From positions 1 through 54,619 of the IMG/VR virus record IMGVR_UViG_3300031660_001429: a stretch of 54,619 nucleotides of DNA. The stretch is one strand, 5' to 3'. The notes under the pieces were generated by a model. The model saw nothing but the letters and a program-made list of their open reading frames with translations. It did no database searches and was not told the origin of the DNA. A program made the position numbers and the translations under genes. Position 1 is the stretch's first letter, and the number at the start of each line of letters is the position of its first letter. Below, in pieces: positions 1 through 9,649 of this stretch. Source of the stretch: a virus (taxonomy: Duplodnaviria > Caudoviricetes).

Positions 1-1209
1 GGCAAGGGACTGCGGGAGGTTTTCAGCAACGTCGCGGATCAAATCACGCTGGGCGAGCTGATCGCCTCCGGCCATCTCGTGCCGCCACGCACCTTTGTCA
101 TCGATGTCGGCGCCCAGGAGCAGTTGACGCGAGTTCGTCGCACGGCCACCGACTTCGACATGACGGAAGTCGAGGCGATTCTCAACAAGACGCCCATCAC
201 CGATGCCGTGATCCGTCATTGGCGCGAGAAGGCCGGCGACCGCAAAACGATCGTGTTCTGCTCGACCGTCGCCCATGCCGAATGCGTGCGCCAGGCCTTT
301 CAGGATGCTGGTGTGTCTGCCGTGATCGTGCACGGTGAACTGTCCGATGCGGAGCGCAAGGCGCGCCTTGCAGAGTACGAGTCCGGTGCCGCACAGGTGG
401 TCGTCAATGTGGCGGTGCTCACGGAGGGCTACGACTTCACGCCTACGTCGTGTGTCGTTCTGCTGCGACCCAGCTCGCACAAATCGACGCTGACCCAGAT
501 GATCGGGCGCGGCCTGCGCACCATCGACCCTACTGAGCATCCCGGCGTCATCAAGACCGACTGCGTGGTGCTGGACTTCGGCACCGCCACCTTGATGCAC
601 GGTTCCTTGGAGCAGGACGTCAACCTCGACGGGCACCAGCATCACGGGGAAGCGCCGACCAAGGACTGCCCGTCCTGTGAAGCCACCGTCCCGCTCGGCT
701 GCCGCGAATGCCCGCTGTGCGGATTCGTCTGGGAGGACGAGACCACAGAGGAAGGTGATGCGCTGGCCGATTTCGTGATGACCGAGATCGACCTGCTCAA
801 GCGCTCCAACTTCCGCTGGTGCGACCTGTTCGGTTGCGACGACGCACTGATGGCCACCGGCTTCAACGCCTGGGGTGGCGTGTTCTTCCTGAATGGGCGC
901 TGGCACGCCGTGGGCGGAGGTAAGGATCTGCAGCCGCGCTTGTTGGCCGTTGGCGATCGCACCGTCTGCATGGCGAAGGCCGATGACTGGCTGAATGACC
1001 GCGAGTCGGCAGACTCCGCGCACAAGACCCGGCGCTGGTTGAACGAACCGCCGACCGCGAAGCAACTGCAGTATCTGCCGCAGGCGCTGCGCGCCGACTT
1101 TGGCATGACGCGCTATCAGGCCTCGGCGCTGCTGTCGTTCCAGTTCAACAAGTCGTCGATTCAGCGCCTCGTGGTGGCTGCCAACGATGCCCACCGGGAG
1201 GCCGCGTGA
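1..1209 (+). CDS. SF2 (DEAD/DEAH-type) helicase with C-terminal Zn finger, 5'-truncated by window edge
   Basis: Frame open from base 1; motifs VLTEGYD (V) and QMIGRGLR (VI); CPSC...CPLC Zn finger. Confidence 0.9.
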   Translation, partial: GKGLREVFSNVADQITLGELIASGHLVPPRTFVIDVGAQEQLTRVRRTATDFDMTEVEAILNKTPITDAVIRHWREKAGDRKTIVFCSTVAHAECVRQAFQDAGVSAVIVHGELSDAERKARLAEYESGAAQVVVNVAVLTEGYDFTPTSCVVLLRPSSHKSTLTQMIGRGLRTIDPTEHPGVIKTDCVVLDFGTATLMHGSLEQDVNLDGHQHHGEAPTKDCPSCEATVPLGCRECPLCGFVWEDETTEEGDALADFVMTEIDLLKRSNFRWCDLFGCDDALMATGFNAWGGVFFLNGRWHAVGGGKDLQPRLLAVGDRTVCMAKADDWLNDRESADSAHKTRRWLNEPPTAKQLQYLPQALRADFGMTRYQASALLSFQFNKSSIQRLVVAANDAHREAA

Positions 1210-1628
1210 AATGTGCAGTCTGCTCCCGAAAGGCCAAGGGATTCGGCTATTTCAATCCACGCCTGCCGCGCAGCGATCCACGACGTTACTCGGACCGCTG
1301 GGTGTTCTGCTCCATGCGCTGCCAGAACGCATTTTCGCGGCTCATGGAAAAGACGGGAGGTCACATGATCGATCCCAGTGATATGGAGCTCGCCGCCATG
1401 GCGTCCTGCCTGGCGCCGCTTGGAGAGTATGTCGGCGCCATCGGCATGCAGCGCCCGCTGGCGGACTACAGCAAAGACGAAGTGCTGATGCTGATCGACG
1501 TGGTGGTGACCGCCTACCAGGAACACATGCTCGTCGAGCACGAGCGGATGGCGGAGAAGGACCGCGCTTTTCTTGAGGAGCGACTCGCCCGCCAAGGCAA
1601 GTCCGCTTCGACGGGAGTGCCGTTCTGA
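1206..1628 (+). CDS. Phage hypothetical protein (DUF6511-like, Cys-containing N-terminus)
   Basis: GTGA overlap with helicase stop; CAVC...FCS..C. Confidence 0.7.
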   Translation: MKCAVCSRKAKGFGYFNPRLPRSDPRRYSDRWVFCSMRCQNAFSRLMEKTGGHMIDPSDMELAAMASCLAPLGEYVGAIGMQRPLADYSKDEVLMLIDVVVTAYQEHMLVEHERMAEKDRAFLEERLARQGKSASTGVPF

Positions 1629-2383
1629 TGCTGGACTTCAATCACCGCCCCAAGATCCACGAGCAGATCGGCGCGCTCATCGACGCCGCACTTAGCGCCG
1701 AACGCGACAACCAACCCCGTCGCAACTATCTCGGTGCGTCTCGGTTGGGCGTTGCCTGCGAGCGGGCGCTGCAATACGAGTATCTCCAAACCCCTGTCGA
1801 TGCTGGAAGGGAAATCCCGGGTCGCGTGTTGCGCATCTTCGAGGTGGGACACGCTCTCGAAGAGCTGGCCATTCGTTGGCTGCGCATGGCCGGATTCGAT
1901 CTGTACACCCAAAAGGCCAGCGGCGGTCAGTTCGGCTTTTCCGTTGCAGGCGGCCGTATTCAAGGGCACGTCGATGGCGTCCTGAACGGCGGCCCCGCAG
2001 AGCTACGAATGAGCTATCCGGCCCTGTGGGAGTGCAAGACCATGAACGACAAGTCCTGGCGGGATACGGTCAAGCACGGCGTCAGCAAATCCAAACCGGT
2101 CTATGCCGCGCAGATGGCCATCTATCAGGCCTACATGGAAGCCAGCATCCCGGGCATTTCCGCGAACCCAGCGTTGTTCACTGCGATCAACAAGGACTCC
2201 GAGGAGATCTGGTTCGAGTTGGTGCCGTTTGACGGCGGCCTGGCACAGCGCATGTCCGATCGCGCGGTTCGGGTCATCACGGCAACGGACAGCCAGGAAC
2301 TGCTGCCGCGCCATGCAACCACCCCAACGCATGTCGAGTGCAAGTTCTGCCCCTGGCAGGACCGCTGTTGGAGTTCGACATGA
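1628..2383 (+). CDS. PD-(D/E)XK exonuclease, Cas4/RecB-like
   Basis: GASRLG..C.R, GHVDG, WECK, QMAIY, CKFC..QDRC. Confidence 0.85.
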   Translation: MLDFNHRPKIHEQIGALIDAALSAERDNQPRRNYLGASRLGVACERALQYEYLQTPVDAGREIPGRVLRIFEVGHALEELAIRWLRMAGFDLYTQKASGGQFGFSVAGGRIQGHVDGVLNGGPAELRMSYPALWECKTMNDKSWRDTVKHGVSKSKPVYAAQMAIYQAYMEASIPGISANPALFTAINKDSEEIWFELVPFDGGLAQRMSDRAVRVITATDSQELLPRHATTPTHVECKFCPWQDRCWSST

Positions 2384-4569
2384 TGGCCGACAACATCATC
2401 TGGCTCGACTTCAATGACGCGCCCGAGCAGCGCGACGAACTGACCTCTGACACCGATGCCTTGCGCGCTGGCTTGCTGGATCGACTTGAGGCTGTCCTCC
2501 ACTACCTGTTTCCGCAGGGGCGCATCCGGGGTGGCAAGTTCTACGTCGGTGATGTCGATGGCAACCCGGGCAAGAGTCTGGTGGTTGAGCTGGACGGACC
2601 ACGGCGCGGCCTGTGGAAAGACTTCTCCACCGATGAGGGCGGCGACATCATCGATCTGTGGGCGCGCTCGCAAGGTCGATCCGCCCGCAGCGACTTCCCA
2701 CGTATCGCCGCAGAGATCCGGCAGTGGCTCGGCATTGCTACCCCGGTTGGCACGCCGATGCGCCGTGATGTTCGCAGCGTGCCGATGGATGACCTCGGCG
2801 CCTACACCGGCAAATGGGATTACCTGACTCCCGATGGCGAGCTGATCGCCTGCGTCTACCGGTATGACCCGCCGACGGGCAAAGAGTACCGCCCATGGGA
2901 TGTGCGAGCCCGCATGTGGCGCGCCCCCGACCCCAGGCCACTCTACAACCAGCCGGCCATCGGGAAAGCGCGAGAGGTCGTCCTGGTCGAAGGCGAGAAA
3001 TGTGCGGCTGCGTTGATTGCCTGCGGCATTGCGGCCACCACCGCGATGAACGGCGCCAAGGCACCAGTCGACAAGACCGACTGGCGTCCATTAGCCGGGA
3101 AATCCGTGGTCATCTGGCCGGACCGGGATGCCCCTGGCTGGGACTACGCCGAGAGCGTAGCACGCGCTTGCGTGATGGCGGGCAGCGCATCCGTGGCCAT
3201 TTTGGTGCCGCCGACCGACAAGCCGGCCAAGTGGGATGCTGCAGACGCTGTCGACGAGGGCTTCGACTGTGCGGCATTCATCGCCCAGGGTGACCGACGG
3301 ATCGTAAAGGCAGCGGCTCCCTCTCTGCCCACCTTCACGCTCGGCGAACTGCTCGATGACAACTCGCCGCTGCCCCCGGATCTGATCGCTCCGCGCGTGC
3401 TGACACCGGCTGGCATGTTGGTGTTCGGTGGCGCACCGAAAGTCGGCAAGAGCGACTTCCTGCTGTCTTGGCTGGCGCACATGGCTGCAGGCGCTGTATT
3501 CCTCGGCATGCAGCCACCCCGTCCGCTGCGCGTGTTCTACCTGCAGGCCGAGGTCCAGTACCACTACCTGCGCGAGCGCGTGAAGGATGTGCGCCTGCCA
3601 TCACACCGGCTTTTGGATGCCCGCGCCAACTTCGTCGCCACACCGCAGTTGCGGCTGGTGCTCGATGACGCAGGGCTGGCGCAGGTGATCCCGGCGATCG
3701 CGCAGGCTTTCGGCGGCGAGCCTCCCGACATCATCGCCATCGATCCGATCCGCAACGTTTTCGACGGCGGTGACGCCGGTGGCGAGAACGACAACGGCGC
3801 GATGCTGTTCTTCCTGTCCCAGCGGGTGGAGCGCATTCGCCAGGCAGTGAATCCGGACGCTGGCGTCATCCTCGCCCACCACACCAAGAAGCTCGGCAAG
3901 AAGCAGTTCGAGGAGGACCCGTTCCAGGCACTGGCCGGCGCGGGAAGTCTGCGCGGCTACTACTCGACCGGGATGTTGTTGTTCAGGCCCGACGAGACCA
4001 GAACGACCCGCCAGCTGATCTTTGAGCTGCGCAACGGCGCGGGTATCCCGCAACGGCATGTCGACAAGATCAACGGCGAGTGGCGCGAGGTCGATGCCAA
4101 CGAGCGGCTGGTGATGAAGGACTACGGCGAGCGCCTGGATGCCGAGCGCCGCCGCAAGCGCGACGCGATCCTCCAGATCTTGTTCGAGGAGGCCGGCAAC
4201 GGGCGCTGCTACACCGCCAACCAGTTCGCGGAGTCCTTCGAGGGCAAGGCTGGCCTGGGCGGCGAGCGCACCATCCGCGAACGCGTCTCCGCGCTCTCGA
4301 CGCAGGGCTACATCAAGTATTTCCGCAACGCGGCTGACTACGGTCTGCCGTCCAGCGGCCGCACCAAGTTCGGCTATCTCTGCGTAGAAGGCATGGTGCT
4401 GCGCTTGCCAGCTGGCGATGTCGACACGGCCACCGGCGAGCTGCCGATGCGCGAGCACACGGTGCTCCCCACCCACTACAAGTGCCCGCATTCCGGCGCC
4501 TCGATGCCTGTCGAGAACCCCGACGTGTGGGTCTACCACGACGAACTGAACGACCCGGAGGCCTCATGA
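2380..4569 (+). CDS. Primase (TOPRIM)-helicase (AAA_25/RepA-type) replication protein
   Basis: LVEGEKC and WPDRD TOPRIM motifs; Walker A GGAPKVGKS; ATGA overlap at 2380. Confidence 0.9.
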   Translation: MMADNIIWLDFNDAPEQRDELTSDTDALRAGLLDRLEAVLHYLFPQGRIRGGKFYVGDVDGNPGKSLVVELDGPRRGLWKDFSTDEGGDIIDLWARSQGRSARSDFPRIAAEIRQWLGIATPVGTPMRRDVRSVPMDDLGAYTGKWDYLTPDGELIACVYRYDPPTGKEYRPWDVRARMWRAPDPRPLYNQPAIGKAREVVLVEGEKCAAALIACGIAATTAMNGAKAPVDKTDWRPLAGKSVVIWPDRDAPGWDYAESVARACVMAGSASVAILVPPTDKPAKWDAADAVDEGFDCAAFIAQGDRRIVKAAAPSLPTFTLGELLDDNSPLPPDLIAPRVLTPAGMLVFGGAPKVGKSDFLLSWLAHMAAGAVFLGMQPPRPLRVFYLQAEVQYHYLRERVKDVRLPSHRLLDARANFVATPQLRLVLDDAGLAQVIPAIAQAFGGEPPDIIAIDPIRNVFDGGDAGGENDNGAMLFFLSQRVERIRQAVNPDAGVILAHHTKKLGKKQFEEDPFQALAGAGSLRGYYSTGMLLFRPDETRTTRQLIFELRNGAGIPQRHVDKINGEWREVDANERLVMKDYGERLDAERRRKRDAILQILFEEAGNGRCYTANQFAESFEGKAGLGGERTIRERVSALSTQGYIKYFRNAADYGLPSSGRTKFGYLCVEGMVLRLPAGDVDTATGELPMREHTVLPTHYKCPHSGASMPVENPDVWVYHDELNDPEAS

Positions 4570-5345
4570 ACATTGCCCAATCGGCAGTTGGCAGCGCCGT
4601 TGCCAACTGCACCCATTTCCTTGCCAACTACCCGCAGTTGGCAAACCCCTGCCAACTGGAAGTCCAGGTAAATCAGGGTATTGCGGGAAATTACCCGCAG
4701 TTGGCAGTTGGCAACGATGCCAACTTGCCAACTGGCGCAAACCCGCGTGGTTGCTGGACTTTCTCCCATTTTCCAGTTGGCGAAAACTCCCCCTCCTACT
4801 ACGTAGGAGAGGGACCAGATGGTCCCTCCACTCTACGTAGGGGGCTTGCCGGCCACCCGGGATCAGATCATCGGCGGCCATCCCTGTCCTCGATCCTGGC
4901 ATTGGATCTCGGCACCCAGACAGGCTGGGCACTGCGCGACCGCGATGGCGCAGTGACCAGTGGATCGGAATCCTTCAAGCCGCAGCGCTTCGAGGGTGGC
5001 GGCATGCGCTACCTGCGATTCAAACGCTGGCTCACCGAGATCAAGCAGTCCTGCGACGGCATCGACGCCGTGTACTTCGAGGAGGTGCGCCGCCACGCCG
5101 GGGTCGATGCGGCACACGCCTACGGCGGCTTCATGGCCCACCTCACCGCATGGTGCGAGCACCACCAGATCCCGTACCAGGGCGTTCCGGTGGGCACGAT
5201 CAAGAAGCACGCCACCGGCAAGGGCAACGCGAACAAGGATCAGATGATCAGCGCCGCCCGGTTGCGTGGCCACGCACCGGCTAACGACAACGAAGCCGAT
5301 GCCATTGCGCTGTTGCACTGGGCCGTCGAGACACAGGAGGTGTGA
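4566..5345 (+). CDS. RuvC-like Holliday junction resolvase (start uncertain)
   Basis: ILALDLGTQTGWA, VYFEEV, IKKHATGKGNA, NEADAIALL; ATGA overlap with primase stop. Confidence 0.85.
   Translation: MNIAQSAVGSAVANCTHFLANYPQLANPCQLEVQVNQGIAGNYPQLAVGNDANLPTGANPRGCWTFSHFPVGENSPSYYVGEGPDGPSTLRRGLAGHPGSDHRRPSLSSILALDLGTQTGWALRDRDGAVTSGSESFKPQRFEGGGMRYLRFKRWLTEIKQSCDGIDAVYFEEVRRHAGVDAAHAYGGFMAHLTAWCEHHQIPYQGVPVGTIKKHATGKGNANKDQMISAARLRGHAPANDNEADAIALLHWAVETQEV
4585..4840. repeat. Ten AGTTGGC/GCCAACT repeats in both orientations plus a large inverted repeat; putative replication origin
   Basis: AGTTGGC at 4586, 4636, 4699, 4706, 4775; GCCAACT at 4602, 4623, 4651, 4719, 4727; CTACGTAG..GAGGGACCA-GA-TGGTCCCTC..CTACGTAG at 4799-4840. 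Confidence 0.7.
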
Positions 5346-5346
5346 G

Positions 5347-5559
5347 ATGAAGGTTCCGACTCACGCCTACCGCTGTGCCCTGGCTCGACTGCAGCCCGAT
5401 CCGCGCCCCGATCCGGAGCAGATCAAGCGCGAAGGATGGCGCGACCAGCAGATCCTGGTGATCTCGCCCGACGACACGCGACTCGATTGGGTCGAACGCG
5501 AACTGCTTCGCCGGATCGGCGATCGGCTGTATGGGCCGAAGGAGCGTCGCCATGGCTGA
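5347..5559 (+). CDS. Phage hypothetical protein
   Basis: GGAGG RBS upstream; fills the gap between resolvase and HTH gene. Confidence 0.7.
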   Translation: MKVPTHAYRCALARLQPDPRPDPEQIKREGWRDQQILVISPDDTRLDWVERELLRRIGDRLYGPKERRHG

Positions 5560-5956
5560 GTGGACGATCGAGACTGTGGCGGATCGCTTCATCGAGGCCG
5601 CACGAACTGCCCACCGCCTTCCTCCGGTTCGGGTGCAGGGCTACTTCAACTGCTGGCCAGCGATCAAGCGCATGCCCTGGGAAAACCTGGGAGCTGAGCC
5701 ACGGGTCTACCGCTTTCCTCCCGACCCTGCTGCTATCGACCGGATGCTGGAGACGATGCGGTGGGTTCAGTGGCTGGAAGAAGAACAGCGACACCTCGTC
5801 TGGATGCGAGCACAACGGTATCCGTGGAAGGACATCTGTTGCCGCTTTGCCTGTGACCGAACAACCGCCTGGCGTCGCTGGCAGGCGGCACTGGAATTGG
5901 TCGTCGTGCACCTGCTGATGGAAAAGAAACCTGGGGCAGCCGGCAATTGCCGATGA
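5552..5956 (+). CDS. DUF6362-like HTH protein; probable late transcription regulator
   Basis: C-terminal HTH-like segment WKDICCRFACDRTTAWRRW; last gene before the packaging region. Confidence 0.7.
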   Translation: MAEWTIETVADRFIEAARTAHRLPPVRVQGYFNCWPAIKRMPWENLGAEPRVYRFPPDPAAIDRMLETMRWVQWLEEEQRHLVWMRAQRYPWKDICCRFACDRTTAWRRWQAALELVVVHLLMEKKPGAAGNCR

Positions 5957-6160
5957 CGTTGGGTGTAGTTGCGAACAGTCGCGAAGCCATTAGGAATCCT
6001 GCGTGACGATGCGGGTTTCGGCCGCTCTTTGGCGTGCAACATCCTGTGGCTTTTTCGCTAGTATTACGGCTAATCTTGCGAGCACTGGGTGCGTAAAGGC
6101 CACGGAGCGATCTGTGGCCTTCGTCGTTTCCGGCTCGCGATGGCAATGCCCCGTTGCGAC

Positions 6161-6272
6161 GGGTCCTTCCTGGCCAGAAGCCAATGCGGGGGGCGCGAGC
6201 GCGGCGCTTTTTTAGCGTCAGGGTGCGAACCAAGGTTCGCACAGTTCGCAGTTCGCACCCCGCCAGTTCGCA
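6161..6272 (+). other. Lambda-like cos site candidate (cosQ-like GGGTCCT, GC-rich cosN-like segment, GTTCGCA repeats as cosB-like sites)
   Basis: GGGTCCT 6161-6167; GCGGGGGGCGCGAGCGCGG about 6186-6204; TGCGAAC 6224; GTTCGCA 6235, 6244, 6251, 6266. Confidence 0.6.
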
Positions 6273-6280
6273 CCAACCCC

Positions 6281-6314
6281 AAAACCCGCCCACGGTTTGT
6301 CGTCGGCGGGTTTT
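6281..6314 (+). terminator. Terminator-like hairpin AAAACCCGCC...GGCGGGTTTT
   Basis: 10-bp inverted arms with T-rich tail, just before MTase RBS. Confidence 0.6.
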
Positions 6315-6334
6315 CTATTTTCAGGACACCATCT

Positions 6335-7768
6335 TTGAATACGCTCAACGTCGAGTACCGCAAGGTCGAGGCGCTGATTCCCTACGCCCGCAATCCGCGC
6401 ACACATTCCGATGCGCAGATCACCAAGATCGCCGCCAGCATCGTCGAATACGGCTGGACGAACCCGGTACTGGTTGATGGCGACAACGGCATTATCGCGG
6501 GCCACGGTCGTTTGGCTGCTGCACGCAAGCTGGGGCTGGATCAGGTGCCGGTGATCGAACTGGCCCATCTCACCACCGCGCAAAAGCGCGCCTTGGTCAT
6601 CGCCGACAACCGGCTGGCGCTTGACGCTGGCTGGGATGAGGAGATGTTGGCGCTCGAACTGGCGGAGCTTTCCGAAGCGGGTTTCGAACTGGCGCTGACC
6701 GGCTTCGAGAACATCGAGATCGATGCGCTGGTGGCAGATGCCCGGTCGACTGAAGGTGAACCGGCGGCGCAGGATGGTGTAGACGCCGATGAACCCGATA
6801 CGACCGATGACGTACCTGACACGCCAGTGGTGGCGGTGTCGCGCAAGGGAGATGTCTGGGCCATCGGCTCGCACCGGTTGATCTGTGGCGACGCCACCGA
6901 CCCAGCCGTGGTCGCCACGCTGATGCAGGGTGACACCGCGCAGCTTTGCTTCACCTCGCCGCCGTATGGCAACCAGCGCGACTACACCTCCGGCGGCATT
7001 GCCGATTGGGATGTCCTGATGCGCGGTGTGTTCGCACATCTGCCGATGGCGGGCGACGGACAGGTGCTGGTCAATCTTGGGCTGATCCACCGCGACAACG
7101 AAGTCATCCCCTATTGGGACGGCTGGCTGTCCTGGATGCGTCAGCAAGGGTGGCGGCGCTTCGCGTGGTACGTCTGGGACCAGGGGCCAGGCATGCCCGG
7201 CGACTGGCAGGGCCGATTGGCTCCCAGCTTCGAGTTTGTTTTCCACTTCAATCGCAGCACCCGCAAACCCAACAAGATTGTTCCTTGCAAGCACGCGGGC
7301 CAGGAATCGCACCTGCGCGCTGACGGGTCGTCCACAGCGATGCGTGGTAAGGATGGCGAGGTCGGCGGCTGGACGCACAAGGGTCAGCCGACGCAGGACA
7401 CCCGCATCCCCGATTCGGTGATTCGCGTGATGCGCCACAAGGGCAAGATTGGGCAGGACATTGATCACCCCGCCGTCTTCCCGGTGGCGTTGCCGGAGTT
7501 CGCCATCGAGTCCTACACCGACGCCGGAGAGATCGTGTTCGAGCCGTTCGGCGGCAGTGGCACGACGATGCTGGCCGCGCAGCGCACTGGCCGCATTTGT
7601 CGCAGCGTCGAGATTGCGCCGGAGTACGTGGACGTGGCCATCAAGCGCTTTCAGCAAAACCACCCCGGCGTGCCGGTCACGCTCATCGCAGGCTGTGGAA
7701 TCAAATCGGGCCAGTCCTTCGACGACGTGGCCACAGAACGGCTGGCGACCACGGAGGTAGAACAATGA
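6335..7768 (+). CDS. ParB-like N-domain + DNA methyltransferase (SPPY, likely N4-cytosine)
   Basis: IIAGHGRL ParB motif; FTSPPY; HPAVFP; FEPFGGSGTT; TTG start after AGGA. Confidence 0.9.
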   Translation: MNTLNVEYRKVEALIPYARNPRTHSDAQITKIAASIVEYGWTNPVLVDGDNGIIAGHGRLAAARKLGLDQVPVIELAHLTTAQKRALVIADNRLALDAGWDEEMLALELAELSEAGFELALTGFENIEIDALVADARSTEGEPAAQDGVDADEPDTTDDVPDTPVVAVSRKGDVWAIGSHRLICGDATDPAVVATLMQGDTAQLCFTSPPYGNQRDYTSGGIADWDVLMRGVFAHLPMAGDGQVLVNLGLIHRDNEVIPYWDGWLSWMRQQGWRRFAWYVWDQGPGMPGDWQGRLAPSFEFVFHFNRSTRKPNKIVPCKHAGQESHLRADGSSTAMRGKDGEVGGWTHKGQPTQDTRIPDSVIRVMRHKGKIGQDIDHPAVFPVALPEFAIESYTDAGEIVFEPFGGSGTTMLAAQRTGRICRSVEIAPEYVDVAIKRFQQNHPGVPVTLIAGCGIKSGQSFDDVATERLATTEVEQ

Positions 7769-9006
7769 GCGCGTCCTGGTTGGCAGACAAGATCGAGCAG
7801 TGGCCTACAGCCAAACTGCTGCCCTATGCCCGCAATGCGCGGACGCACTCGGATGATCAGGTGGCGCAGATCGCTGCATCGATTGCCGAGTTTGGCTTCA
7901 CCAATCCGATCCTTGCGGGCAGTGACGGCATCATCGTCGCTGGGCATGGCCGCTTGGCCGCTGCGCAGAAACTCGGGCTGGAAATCGTGCCCGTGGTCGT
8001 ACTGGATCACCTGAGCCCGACCCAGCGCCGCGCCTTGGTCATCGCAGACAACCGCATCGCGGAGAACGCTAGCTGGGATGACGCGATGTTGCGGATCGAA
8101 CTTGAGGCTTTGCAGCTGGAAGGTTTCGATCTGGACATCACCGGCTTCGACGCCGACGCGCTGGCCGAACTGATCGCGGGCGACGAGCCGCACAACGAGG
8201 GCCAGACCGATGAGGACGCGGTACCGGAGGTTGGCGAGACACCCATCTCGCGTCCGGGCGATGTCTGGATCATGGGCCAGCACCGACTGCTGTGCGGCGA
8301 CTCGACTGTGGCAGAGAGCTATGCCCGGCTGATGCAAGGCGACATGGCAGACATGGTCTTCACCGACCCGCCGTACAACGTGAACTACGCCAACAGCGCC
8401 AAAGACAAGATGCGCGGCAAGGATCGCGCGATCCTGAACGACAACCTGGGCGACGGGTTCTACGACTTCCTGCTGGCGGCATTGACGCCCACCGTGGCGC
8501 ATTGCCGGGGCGGTATCTACGTGGCGATGTCTTCCAGCGAACTGGATGTGCTGCAGGCCGCCTTCCGCGCAGCCGGTGGCAAGTGGTCGACCTTCATCAT
8601 CTGGGCCAAGAACACCTTCACGCTGGGCCGCGCCGACTACCAGCGCCAGTACGAGCCGATCCTGTACGGTTGGCCCGAGGGCGCGCAACGCCACTGGTGT
8701 GGCGACCGCGATCAGGGCGACGTCTGGAACATCAAGAAGCCACAGAAGAACGATCTGCACCCGACAATGAAGCCGGTGGAACTGGTCGAGCGCGCGATGC
8801 GCAATTCGAGCCGACCCGGCAACGTGGTTCTCGATCCCTTCGGTGGCTCTGGCACGACGTTGATCGCAGCGGAGAAGTCAGGCCGCGTTGCGCGGCTGAT
8901 CGAACTCGATCCGAAGTACGTGGACGTGATCGTGCGCCGGTGGGAGGACTTCACCGGCCAGACGGCCATCCGCGAGGCAGCAGACCAGGAAGTGTGCGCC
9001 AGTTGA
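7765..9006 (+). CDS. ParB-like N-domain + DNA methyltransferase (DPPY, likely N6-adenine)
   Basis: IVAGHGRL; FTDPPY; HPTMKP; LDPFGGSGTT; ATGA overlap and GGAGG RBS. Confidence 0.9.
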   Translation: MSASWLADKIEQWPTAKLLPYARNARTHSDDQVAQIAASIAEFGFTNPILAGSDGIIVAGHGRLAAAQKLGLEIVPVVVLDHLSPTQRRALVIADNRIAENASWDDAMLRIELEALQLEGFDLDITGFDADALAELIAGDEPHNEGQTDEDAVPEVGETPISRPGDVWIMGQHRLLCGDSTVAESYARLMQGDMADMVFTDPPYNVNYANSAKDKMRGKDRAILNDNLGDGFYDFLLAALTPTVAHCRGGIYVAMSSSELDVLQAAFRAAGGKWSTFIIWAKNTFTLGRADYQRQYEPILYGWPEGAQRHWCGDRDQGDVWNIKKPQKNDLHPTMKPVELVERAMRNSSRPGNVVLDPFGGSGTTLIAAEKSGRVARLIELDPKYVDVIVRRWEDFTGQTAIREAADQEVCAS

Positions 9007-9190
9007 ATGGCTGGCCAGGCTGCTTGGCCTCTTCTTCCTCGGCGATGCGCCGCAGGATTTGCAGGGTAGTGAGATCGCGCGGCAGTGCCATGCACATGAC
9101 GCGCACTGCCTGCTCGATGGAGACGTCTGGACGCCGGTTGGCAATCAGCCAACGCAGCGCCTGCTCCCGTTCGGTGGCGGGCGTTGTCAT
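8951..9190 (-). CDS. Small hypothetical protein
   Basis: ATG at 9190 overlaps the stop of the upstream gene (TGATG coupling). Confidence 0.6.
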   Translation of the reverse strand: MTTPATEREQALRWLIANRRPDVSIEQAVRVMCMALPRDLTTLQILRRIAEEEEAKQPGQPFNWRTLPGLLPRGWPSGR

Positions 9191-9552
9191 CAGGCAGCCA
9201 TCTCTTCGCAGATTTCGCAGTGGATCACAAAGCCTGTCAGGTAAGGCAGGCCGCGCGGGATGCCGTACTGCTTGCTGGTCTGGCGGCCAATCGTCCAGCC
9301 CATCCAGCGTTGGGTGGCGGCGTTGATCGCATCCTGCAACGCTTGGCCTTGGTACAAACCGTTCTGGACGTCGTCGGCAAAGTGGCGTCCGTGACGGCTG
9401 TCGAGGAAGGTCCGCACCGATTCGAGGGGCTGATGGGCGGCTTCCGAAATGGCGTTCATGGCCAGGGGCCATGCGGCGCTGGCGTGTTCGTTCATCGTGC
9501 CCCAGAAACCCCAGGCTTCGTTCTGGGTGGTGGGGATCTGGTTGGTGGTCAT
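9190..9552 (-). CDS. Hypothetical protein
   Basis: GGAGA RBS; preceded by motif copy 1. Confidence 0.8.
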   Translation of the reverse strand: MTTNQIPTTQNEAWGFWGTMNEHASAAWPLAMNAISEAAHQPLESVRTFLDSRHGRHFADDVQNGLYQGQALQDAINAATQRWMGWTIGRQTSKQYGIPRGLPYLTGFVIHCEICEEMAA

Positions 9553-9590
9553 GGTGTCTTCTCCGGGTTGATCGTTGCGACACCTGTAGT

Positions 9591-9618
9591 AACGCGCTGT
9601 TCGATTGAGAAGCCAAGC
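9591..9618 (-). promoter_or_regulatory. 28-bp motif copy 1
   Basis: + strand aacgcgctgttcgattgagaagccaagc. Confidence 0.8.
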
Positions 9619-9649
9619 TGTTCCTGGCTTCTTTCTCGATCAATTTCGC

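Noticed and set aside
1628-2383. Cas4-like nuclease as evidence of a CRISPR system
   Set aside because: Sits in the phage replication operon with no cas1/cas2 or array; solo phage Cas4-like exonucleases are common
6089-6334. N-terminal extension of MTase 1 in the ORF track
   Set aside because: Runs through the cos-like site and hairpin; a TTG at 6335 with RBS aligns with the N-terminus of the paralog
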